From the NCBI RefSeq assembly GCF_009914755.1, contig NC_060948.1: a DNA stretch of 64,000 nucleotides; one strand, given 5' to 3'. The position numbers and the translations under genes are program-made. This document shows, piece after piece, positions 1 through 14,020 of this stretch (position 1 is the first letter of the stretch; each line of letters begins with the position of its first letter). This DNA comes from the human T2T-CHM13v2.0 reference genome, Homo sapiens. Below the pieces are notes generated by a model, which saw nothing but the letters and a program-made list of their open reading frames with translations, did no database searches and had not been told where the DNA came from.

Positions 1-80
1 GAACTGAATCCCAAGCCCACACGTTATTAGGCTGCGCTTCTTAAAACAAGTTATGAGATGGGAAAAAGGGCACCCACAAA

Positions 81-1640
81 CATACGTATACATTATGTAT
101 ATAATAATATACAGTATCATATATATATTATATATAACCTATGTATAATATTGTTTTACATCCTGCATCTTATATTATATATATTGTATAAAATATAATA
201 ATTGATAATATATAAGTTTTATATTTATACAATATGACATATATTATATATTATAATTTATGACATATATAATACATGTTATATATCATAAATAGAATAT
301 ATTATGCGGTTAATATACGTATTAAATATAAATTATACATTATATATATAATTTATAATATATCTGTTATATATAATACCCATTATGCATAATATATATA
401 TTATGTCTATGTTATATATAGTATAAAACAACATATAATAATATATAATTGTATATATAAAATGCGACACATAATATATATTATATTTTATGACATATGT
501 AATATATATTATATGTTATATATAATACGTTGTATGTATAATACCTATATTAAATATATATTATATGACTATGTTATTAATTACATGTCACATATGTTAT
601 ATATTATATATTTTACATAGAATATACCGGTTACATACAATATATACTATGTTACCTATAATGTATAATTTGTTACATGTAAAAAAAAGAAAGCAATATA
701 TTATGTATAATTTATAATATACAATATGTGGAATGTGATATATATAACATATAATATATGATATATGATATACAGTATATGATATATAACATACAATATA
801 TGATACCTAATATATATGGTATACAATATATATTTTATGATATGTATTCTATATGTTTTATATTCTGTTATATGTAACTATTTGAAATTATATATAACTG
901 TATAATATTTTATGGAAATATGTAATATAATATATATAACTATATAATATGTTATATATAACTATATATTATGTTATATATGCTTTTATAACATAATTTA
1001 CATAAAATATCATAATATAATATATATTATATTATTTCATATTACATAATATATATTACATATCACCCAATATAAGTAACATACATAATATTATAATATA
1101 GATTATATTATGTTATATTAAATATCATATATATCATGTATCATATATTCTATAATATATATTATACATTATGTAATATGTATGTTGTCTATTATGTGAT
1201 ATATATAACTATATATATAATTATATTATTATACATATAACTAGATAAACATGTAATTCTACATATTTTCATTTATAATATATAGAATTATATAATCATA
1301 TATAATTATTTATATTCTATAAAAAATTATATCATTATATAAATTATAATATATAAAAATTATAATATGTACTACAAATATATATATTATATATCATATA
1401 TGATATAGTACCTTTGTTATATATCATAATACATATAAATGTGTATTATGTTATCTATAATTATATAATTTCATATATAAGTTGTATAATATGTATTATA
1501 TATTATATATGTTATGTAATATATATAGTATATATAAGACGACACAGGATAAATATTATATACTATGACATATAAAATATATGAGGTTATATGTTTCATA
1601 TAAGGCATAGTACATAACATGTAATATATATCATATATAA
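81..1640. repeat. AT-rich low-complexity subunit of DYZ2 unit 1 (representative; present in every unit)
   Basis: About 1.56 kb of degenerate TA/TAA/TAT-rich sequence with very few G/C, reproduced almost base-for-base in each unit. Boundaries are approximate. Confidence 0.9.
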
Positions 1641-1932
1641 TTTTTTTTTAGACAGAGTCTTGTCCTGTTGCACAGGGTTGGGTACAATGGCGCCACCTTT
1701 GCTCAATGCAACATCTGCCTCACGGGCCCAAGCGATTGTCCTCCCTCAACCTCCCAGGTAGCTGGGACTACACCACACTGGGACTACACCAGCTGCCACC
1801 ATGCCTAGCTAATTTTTTGGATTTTTCGTAGTGACAGCGTTTCACTGTATTGGCCAGGATGGTCTTGATCTCTTCACCTTGTGATCCCCTTGCCTTGGCC
1901 TCCAAATTTGCTGGGATTACAGGCCTGAGCCA
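1641..1932 (-). mobile_element. Diverged Alu SINE in DYZ2 unit 1, lacking ~12 nt of the 5' end
   Basis: T-run followed by AGACAGAGTCT...GTAGCTGGGACTACA...CTAATTTTTT...GGCCAGGATGGTCTTGATCTC...GCTGGGATTACAGGCCTGAGCCA, the reverse complement of a dimeric Alu. It stops at GAGCCA, before the terminal CCGCGCCCGGCC of the consensus. Confidence 0.95.
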
Positions 1933-2500
1933 AGATCCATATTTTTTAAATGAAAAAAAATTTCAAAGGTACTCTGCTTGGTACAATAATCAAATGTATA
2001 AACTGAAGAATAAAACATAACCATGAAACCTACTTATAACTGCATATGGAAAATACAGAGTATAATTTTTTAAATAACATATTTTGAAAGCCTTAACTAG
2101 TAATTTGAAGAGTTGGCATTTGAAAGGCCAGTATGAATATACCTTCAAAGCAGCAACACAGGTTCCCCATGAGAAAAAGCAAACTCAGGGAAAATAAAAC
2201 CACAAAGGTTCAATCTCTTCTGACCTTTGAAAGACACAGCACAGACAGTGGTCCTTAGGACGAAGAGCAGGAGACCCCTAATTCCGTCACCATGGCGATA
2301 GGGCATAAACATTGCTGGGTGAGGGCACAATCCACATTGTGAGGTCCAACTGCTGCCAGGAAGACAGGAGTGCTTTTACATAGACCGAAAGGTCATTGAA
2401 GGCTCAGAGTTTTGTTTCAAGAACTGAATCCCAAGCCCACACGTTATTAGGCTGCGCTTCTTAAAACAAGTTATGAGATGGGAAAAAGGGCACCCACAAA
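1933..2500. repeat. HSATI-like non-simple subunit of DYZ2 (representative; present in every unit)
   Basis: About 570 bp of moderate-GC sequence between the Alu and the next AT-rich block, highly conserved between units. Size and position fit the HSATI component of DYZ2. The name comes from known unit architecture, not from an alignment. Confidence 0.75.
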
Positions 2501-4060
2501 CATACGTATACATTATGTATATAATAATATACAGTATCATATATATAATATATATAACCTATGTATAATATTGTTTTACATCCTGCATCTTATGTTATAT
2601 ATATTGTATAAAATATAATAATTGATAATATATAAGTTTTATATTTATACAATATGACATATAGTATATATTATAATTTATGACATATATAATATATGTT
2701 ATATATCATATATAGAATATATTATACGGTTAATATACGTATTAAATATAAATTATACATTATATATATTATATATAATATATCTGTTATATATAATACG
2801 AATTATGCATAATATATATATTATGTCTATGTTATATATAGTATAAAAAAACATATAATAATATATAATTGTATATATAAAATGCGACATATAATATATA
2901 TTATATTTTATGACATATGTAATATATATTATATGTTATATATAATACGTTGTATGTATAATACCTATATTAAATATATATTATATGACTATGTTATTAA
3001 TTACATGTCACATATGTTATATATTATATATTTTACATAGAATATACCGGTTACATACAATATATACTATGTTACCTATAATGTATAATTTATTACATGT
3101 AAAAAAAAGAAAGCAATATATTATGTATAATTTATAATATACAATATGTGGAATGTGATATATATAACAAATAATATATGATATATTATATACAGTATAT
3201 GATATATAACATACAATATATGATACCTAATATATATGGTATACAATATATATTTTATGATATGTATTCTATATGTTTTATATTCTGTTATATGTAACTA
3301 TTTGAAAATATATATAACTGTATAATATTTTATGGAAATATGTAATATAATATATATAACTATATAATATATTATATATAACTATATATTATGTTATATA
3401 TACTTTTATAACATAATTTACATAAAATATCATAATATAATATATATTATATTATTTCATATTACATAATATATATTACATATCACCCAATATAAGTAAC
3501 ATACATAATATTATAATATAGATTATATTATGTTATATTAAATATCATATATATCATGTATCATATATTCTATAATATATATTATACATTATATAATATG
3601 TATGTTGTCTATTATGTGATATATATAACTATATATATAATTATATTATTATACATATAACTAGATAAACATGTAATTCTACATATTTTCATTTATAATA
3701 TATAGAATTATATAATCATATATAATTATTTATATTCTATAAAAAATTATATCATTATATAAATTATAATATATAAAAATTATAATATGTACTACAAATA
3801 TATATATTATATATCATATATGATATAGTACCTTTGTTATATATCATAATACATATAAATGTGTATTATGTTATCTATAATTATATAATTTCATATATAA
3901 GTTGTATAATATGTATTATATATTATATATGTTATGTAATATATATAGTATATATAAGACGACACAGGATAAATATTATATACTATGACTTATAAAATAT
4001 ATGAAGTTATATGTTTCATATAAGGCATAGCACATAACATGTAATATATATCATATATAA

Positions 4061-4352
4061 TTTTTTTTTAGACAGAGTCTTGTCCTGTTGCACAGGGTGG
4101 GGTACAATGGTGCCACCTTTGCTCACTGCAACATCTGCCTCACGGGTCCAAGCGATTGTCCTCCCTCAGCCTCCCAGGTAGCTGGGACTACACCACACTG
4201 GGACTACACCAGCTGCCACCATGCCTAGCTAATTTTTTGGATTTTTAGTAGTGACAGCGTTTCACTGTATTGGCCAGGATGTTCTTGATCTCTTCACCTT
4301 GTGATCCCCTTGCCTTGGCCTCCAAATTTGCTGGGATTACAGGCCTGAGCCA
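4061..4352 (-). mobile_element. Alu in DYZ2 unit 2
   Basis: Same antisense Alu as 1641-1932. Confidence 0.93.
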
Positions 4353-6480
4353 AGATCCATATTTTTTAAATGAAAAAAAATTTCAAAGGTACTCTGCTTG
4401 GTACAATAATCAAATGTATAAACTGAGGAATAAAACATAACCATGAAACCTACTTATAACTGCATATGGAAAATACAGAGGATAATTTTTTAAATAACGT
4501 ATTTTGAAAGCCTTAACTTGTAATTTGAAGAGTTGGCATTTGAAAGGCCAGTATGAATATACCTTCAAAGCAGCAACACAGTTTCCCCATGAGAAAAAGC
4601 AAACTCAGGGAAAATAAAACCACAAAGGTTCAATCTCTTCTGACCTTTGAAAGACACAGCACAGACAGTGGTCCTTAGGACGAAGAGCAGGAGACCCCTA
4701 ATTCCGTCACCATGGCGATAGGGCATAAACATTGCTGGGTGAGGGCACAATCCACATTGTGAGGTCCAACTGCTGCCAGGAAGACAGGAGTGCTTTTACA
4801 TAGACCGAAAGGTCATTGAAGGCTCAGAGTTTTGTTTCAAGAACTGAATCCCAAGCCCACACGTTATTAGGCTGCGCTTCTTAAAACAAGTTATGAGATG
4901 GGAAAAAGGGCACCCACAAACATACGTATACATTATGTATATAATAATATAGAGTATCATATATATAATATATATAACCTATGTATAATATTGTTTTACA
5001 TCCTGCATCTTATATTATATATATTGTATAAAATATAATAATTGATAATATATAAGTTTTATATTTATACATTAAGACATATACTATATATTATAATTTA
5101 TGACGTATATAATATATGTTATATATCATATACAGAATATATTATACGGTTAATATATGTATTAAATATAAATTATACATTATATATATTATATATAGTA
5201 TATCTGCTATATATAATACCCATTATGCATAATATATATATTATGTCTATGTTATATATAGTATAAAACAACACATAATAATATATAATTGTAGATATAA
5301 AATGCGACATAAAATATATATTATATTTTATGACATATATAATATATATTATATATTATATATAATACGTTGTATGTATAATGCCTATATTAAATATATA
5401 TTATATGACTATGTTATTAATTACATGTCACATGTGTTATATATTATATATTTTACATAGAATATACCGGTTACATACAATATATACTATGTTACCTACA
5501 ATGTATAATTGATTACATGTAAAATAAAGAATGCAATATATTATGTATAATTTATAATATACAATATGTGGAATGTGATATATATAACATATATTATATG
5601 ATATATGATATACAGTATATGATATATAACATACAATATATGATACCTAATATATATGGTATACAATATATATTTTATGATATGTATTCTATATGTTATA
5701 TATTCTGTTATTTATAACTATTTGAAATTATATATAACTGTATAATATTTTAGGTAAATATGTAATATACTATATATAACTATATAATATATTATATATA
5801 ACTATATATTATGTTATATATACTTTTATAACATAATTTACATAAAATATCATAATATAATATATATTATATTATTTCATATTACATAATATATATTACA
5901 TATCACCCAATATAAGTAACATACATAATATTATAATATAGATTATATTATGTTATATTAAATATCATATATATCATGTATCATATATTCTATAATATAT
6001 ATGATACATTATATAATATGTATGTTGTCTATTATGTGATATATATAACTATATATATAATTATATTATTATACATATTACTAGATAAACATGTAATTCT
6101 ACATATTTTCATTTATAATATATAGAATTATATAATCATATATAATTATTTATATTCTATAAAAAATTATATCATTATATAAATTATAATATATAAAAAT
6201 TATAATATGTACTACAAATATATATATTATATATCATATATGATATAGTACCTTTGTTATATATCATAATACATATAAATGTGTATTATGTTATCTATAA
6301 TTATATAATTTCATATATAAGATGTATAATATGTATTATATATTATACATGTTATGTAATATATATAGTATATATAAGATGACACAGGATAAATATTATA
6401 TACTATGACATATAAAATATATGAGGTTATATGTTACATATAAGGCATAGCACATAACATGTAATATATATCATATATAA

Positions 6481-6772
6481 TTTTTTTTTAGACAGAGTCT
6501 TGTCCTGTTGCACAGGGTGGGGTACAATGGCGCCAACTTTGCTCACTGCAACATCTGCCTCACGGGTCCAAGCGATTGTCCTCCCTCAGCCTCCCAGGTA
6601 GCTGGGACTACACCACACTGGGACTACACCAGCTGCCACCATGCCTAGGTAATTTTTTGGATTTTTAGTAGTGACAGCGTTTCACTGTATTGGCCAGGAT
6701 GGTCTTGATCTCTTCACCTTGTGATCCCCTTGCCTTGGCCTCCAAATTTGCTGGGATTACAGGCCTGAGCCA
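6481..6772 (-). mobile_element. Alu in DYZ2 unit 3
   Basis: Same antisense Alu as 1641-1932. Confidence 0.93.
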
Positions 6773-8873
6773 AGATCCATATTTTTTAAATGAAAAAAAA
6801 TTTCAAAGGTACTCTCCTTGGTACAATAATCAAATGTATAAACTGAGGAATAAAACATAACCTTGAAACCTACTTATAACTGCATATGGAAAATACAGAG
6901 GATAATTTTTTAAATAACGTATTTTGAAAGCCTTAACTAGTAATTTGAAGAGTTGGCATTTGAAAGGCCAGTATGAATATACCTTCAAAGCAGCAACACA
7001 GGTTCCCCATGAGAAAAAGCAAACTCAGGGAAAATAAAACCACAAAGGTTCAATCTCTTCTGACCTTTGAAAGACACAGCACAGACAGTGGTCCTTAGGA
7101 CGAAGAGCAGGAGACCCCTAATTCCGTCACCATGGCGATAGGGCATAAACATTGCTGGGTGAGGGCACAATCCACATTGTGAGGTCCAACTGCTGCCAGG
7201 AAGACAGGAGTGCTTTTACATAGACCGAAAGGTCATTGAAGGCTCAGAGTTTTGTTTCAAGAACTGAATCCCAAGCCCACACGTTATTAGGCTGCGCTTC
7301 TTAAAACAAGTTATGAGATGGGAAAAAGGGCACCCACAAACATACGTATACATTATGTATATAATAATATACAGTATCATATATATAATATATATAACCT
7401 ATGTATAATATTGTTTTACATCCTGCATCTTATGTTATATATATTGTATAAAATATAATAATTGATAATATATAAATTTTATATTTATACAATATGACAT
7501 ATAGTATATATTATAATTTATGACATATATAATATATGTTATATATCATATATAGAATATATTATACGGTTAATATACGTATTAAATATAAATTATACAT
7601 TATATATATTATATATAATATATCTGTTATATATAATACGCATTATGCATAATATATATATTATGTCTATGTTATATATAGTATAAAACAACATATAATA
7701 ATATATAATTGTATATATAAAATGCGACATATAATATATATTATATTTTATGACATATGTAACATATATTATATATTATATATAATACGTTGTATGTATA
7801 ATACCTATATTAAATATATATTATATGACTATGTTATTAATTACATGTCACATATGTTATATATTATATATTTTACATAGAATATACCGGTTACATACAA
7901 TATATACTATGTTACCTATAATGTATAATTTATTACATGTAAAAAAAAGAAAGCAATATATTATGTATAATTTATAATATACAATATGTGGAATGTGATA
8001 TATATAACATATAATATATGATATATGATATACAGTATATGATATATAACATACAATATATGATACCTAATATATATGATATACAATATATATTTTATGA
8101 TATGTATTCTATATGTTTTATATTCTGTTATATGTAACTATTTGAAATTATATATAACTGTATAATATTTTATGTAAATATGTAATAGAATATATATCTA
8201 TATAATATATTATATATAACTATATATTATGTTATATATACTTTTATAACATAATTTACATAAAATATCATAATATAATATATATTATATTATTTCATAT
8301 TACATAATATATATTACATATCACCCAATATAAGTAACATACATAATAGTATAATATAGATTATATTATGTTATATTAAATATCATATATATCATGTATC
8401 ATATATTCTATAATATATATTATACATTATATAATATGTATGTTGTCTATTATGTGATATATATAACTATATATAATTATATTATTATACATATAAGTAG
8501 ATAACCATGTAATTCTACATATTTTCATTTATAATATATAGAATTATATAATCATATATAATTATTTATATTCTATAAAAAATTATATCATTATATAAAT
8601 TATAATATATAAAAATTATAATATGTACTACAAATATATATATTATATATCATATATGATATAGTACCTTTGTTATATATCATAATACATATAAATGTGT
8701 ATTATGTTATCTATAATTATATAATTTCATATATAAGTTGTATAATATGTATTATATATTATATATGTTATGTAATATATATAGTATATATAAGATGACA
8801 CAGGATAAATATTATATACTATGACATATAAAATATATGAGGTTATATGTTTCATATAAGGCATAGCACATAA

Positions 8874-9188
<315 letters not shown>

Positions 9189-11289
9189 AGATCCATATTT
9201 TTTAAATGAAAAAAAATTTCAAAGGTACTCTGCTTGGTACAATAATCAAATGTATAAACTGAGGAATAAAACATAACCTTGAAACCTACTTATAACTGCA
9301 TATGGAAAATACAGAGGATAATTTTTTAAATAACGTATTTTGAAAGCCTTAACTAGTAATTTGAAGAGTTGGCATTTGAAAGGCCAGTATGAATATACCT
9401 TCAAAGCAGCAACACAGGTTCCCCATGAGAAAAAGCAAACTCAGGGAAAATAAAACCACAAAGGTTCAATCTCTTCTGATCTTTGAAAGACACAGCACAC
9501 ACAGTGGTCCTTAGGACGAAGAGCAGGAGACCCCTAATTCCGTCACCATGGCGATAGGGCATAAACATTGCTGGGTGAGGGCACAATCCACATTGTGACG
9601 TCCAACTGCTGCCAGGAAGACAGGAGTGCTTTTACATAGACCGAAAGGTCATTGAAGGCTCAGAGTTTTGTTTCAAGAACTGAATCCCAAGCCCACACGT
9701 TATTAGGCTGCGCTTCTTCAAACAAGTTATGAGATGGGAAAAAGGGCACCCACAAACATACGTATACATTATGTATATAATAATTTACAGTATCATATAT
9801 ATAATATATATAACCTATGTATAATATTGTTTTACATCCTGCATCTTATGTTATATATATTGTATAAAATATAATAATTGATAATATATGTTTTATATTT
9901 ATACAATATGACATATAGTATATATTATAATTTATGACATATATAATATATGTTATATATCATATATAGAATATATTATACGGTTAATATACGTATTAAA
10001 TATAAATTATACATTATATATATTATATATAATATATCTGTTATATATAATACGCATTATGCATAATATATATATTATGTCTATGTTATATATAGTATAA
10101 AACAACATATAATAATATATAATTGTATATATAAAATGCGACATATACTATATATTATATTTTATGACATATGTAATATATATTATATAGTATATATAAT
10201 ACGTTGTATGTATAATACCTATATTAAATATATATTATATGACTATGTTATTAATTACATGTCACATATGTTATATATTATATATTTTACATAGAATATA
10301 CCGGTTACATACAATATATACTATGTTACCTATAATGTATAATTTATTACATGTAAAAAAAAGAAAGCAATATATTATGTATAATTTATAATATACAATA
10401 TGTGGAATGTGATATATATAACATATAATATATGATATATGATATACAGTATATGATATATAACATACAATATATGATACCTAATATATATGGTATACAA
10501 TATATATTTTATGATATGTATTCTATATGTTTTATATTCTGTTATATGTAACTATTTGAAATTATATATAACTGTATAATATTTTATGTAAATATGTAAT
10601 AGAATATATATATCTATATAATATATTATATATAACTATATATTATGTTATATATACTTTTATAACATAATTTACATAAAATATCATAATATAATATATA
10701 TTATATTATTTCATATTACATAATATATATTACATATCACCCAATATAAGTAACATACATAATAGTATAATATAGATTATATTATGTTATATTAAATATC
10801 ATATATATCATGTATCATATATTCTATAATATATATTATACATTATATAATATGTATGTTGTCTATTATGTGATATATATAACTATATATAATTATATTA
10901 TTATACATATAACTAGATAACCATGTAATTCTACATATTTTCATTTATAATATATAGAATTATATAATCATATATAATTATTTATATTCTATAAAAAATT
11001 ATATCATTATATAAATTATAATATATAAAAATTGTAATATGTACTACAAATATATATATTATATATCATATATGATATAGTACCTTTGTTATATATCATA
11101 ATACATATAAATGTGTATTATGTTATCTATAATTATATAATTTCATATATAAGTTGTATAATATGTATTATATATTATATATGTTATGTAATATATATAG
11201 TATATATAAGATGACACAGGATAAATATTATATACTATGACATATAAAATATATGAGGTTATATGTTTCATATAAGGCATAGCACATAA

Positions 11290-11604
<315 letters not shown>

Positions 11605-13705
11605 AGATCCATATTTTTTAAATGAAAAAAAATTTCAAAGGTACTCTGCTTGGTACAATAATCAAATGTATAAACTGAGGAATAAAACATAACCTTGAAA
11701 CCTACTTATAACTGCATATGGAAAATACAGAGGATAATTTTTTAAATAACGTATTTTGAAAGCCTTAACTAGTAATTTGAAGAGTTGGCATTTGAAAGGC
11801 CAGTATGAATATACCTTCAAAGCAGCAACACAGGTTCCCCATGAGAAAAAGCAAACTCAGGGAAAATAAAACCACAAAGGTTCAATCTCTTCTGATCTTT
11901 GAAAGACACAGCACACACAGTGGTCCTTAGGACGAAGAGCAGGAGACCCCTAATTCCGTCACCATGGCGATAGGGCATAAACATTGCTGGGTGAGGGCAC
12001 AATCCACATTGTGACGTCCAACTGCTGCCAGGAAGACAGGAGTGCTTTTACATAGACCGAAAGGTCATTGAAGGCTCAGAGTTTTGTTTCAAGAACTGAA
12101 TCCCAAGCCCACACGTTATTAGGCTGCGCTTCTTCAAACAAGTTATGAGATGGGAAAAAGGGCACCCACAAACATACGTATACATTATGTATATAATAAT
12201 TTACAGTATCATATATATAATATATATAACCTATGTATAATATTGTTTTACATCCTGCATCTTATGTTATATATATTGTATAAAATATAATAATTGATAA
12301 TATATGTTTTATATTTATACAATATGACATATAGTATATATTATAATTTATGACATATATAATATATGTTATATATCATATATAGAATATATTATACGGT
12401 TAATATACGTATTAAATATAAATTATACATTATATATATTATATATAATATATCTGTTATATATAATACGCATTATGCATAATATATATATTATGTCTAT
12501 GTTATATATAGTATAAAACAACATATAATAATATATAATTGTATATATAAAATGCGACATATACTATATATTATATTTTATGACATATGTAATATATATT
12601 ATATAGTATATATAATACGTTGTATGTATAATACCTATATTAAATATATATTATATGACTATGTTATTAATTACATGTCACATATGTTATATATTATATA
12701 TTTTACATAGAATATACCGGTTACATACAATATATACTATGTTACCTATAATGTATAATTTATTACATGTAAAAAAAAGAAAGCAATATATTATGTATAA
12801 TTTATAATATACAATATGTGGAATGTGATATATATAACATATAATATATGATATATGATATACAGTATATGATATATAACATACAATATATGATACCTAA
12901 TATATATGGTATACAATATATATTTTATGATATGTATTCTATATGTTTTATATTCTGTTATATGTAACTATTTGAAATTATATATAACTCTATAATATTT
13001 TATGTAAATATGTAATAGAATATATATATCTATATAATATATTATATATAACTATATATTATGTTATATATACTTTTATAACATAATTTACATAAAATAT
13101 CATAATATAATATATATTATATTATTTCATATTACATAATATATATTACATATCACCCAATATAAGTAACATACATAATAGTATAATATAGATTATATTA
13201 TGTTATATTAAATATCATATATATCATGTATCATATATTCTATAATATATATTATACATTATATAATATGTATGTTGTCTATTATGTGATATATATAACT
13301 ATATATAATTATATTATTATACATATAACTAGATAACCATGTAATTCTACATATTTTCATTTATAATATATAGAATTATATAATCATATATAATTATTTA
13401 TATTCTATAAAAAATTATATCATTATATAAATTATAATATATAAAAATTGTAATATGTACTACAAATATATATATTATATATCATATATGATATAGTACC
13501 TTTGTTATATATCATAATACATATAAATGTGTATTATGTTATCTATAATTATATAATTTCATATATAAGTTGTATAATATGTATTATATATTATATATGT
13601 TATGTAATATATATAGTATATATAAGATGACACAGGATAAATATTATATACTATGACATATAAAATATATGAGGTTATATGTTTCATATAAGGCATAGCA
13701 CATAA

Positions 13706-14020
<315 letters not shown>

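Noticed and set aside
81-1640. Organellar or protist AT-rich DNA (mitochondrial control region, Plasmodium-like contamination)
   Set aside because: The block is consistently embedded between an Alu and the HSATI-like segment in a tandem array adjoining HSat3, which is the known Yq12 arrangement.
1641-1932. Independent or active Alu insertions, or a 7SL-like ncRNA gene
   Set aside because: All copies occupy the same position and share the same 5' truncation, internal duplication and CpG decay. They were amplified passively as part of the satellite unit.
2145-2330. Recurrent 61-aa minus-strand ORF (MCPHPAMFMPYRHGDG...) in 21 of 22 units
   Set aside because: It starts at TTG rather than ATG, is short, and resembles no protein I recognise. 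It recurs only because the DNA repeats, and it is broken by TGT>TGA in unit 8 (~19162). There is no evidence of coding constraint.
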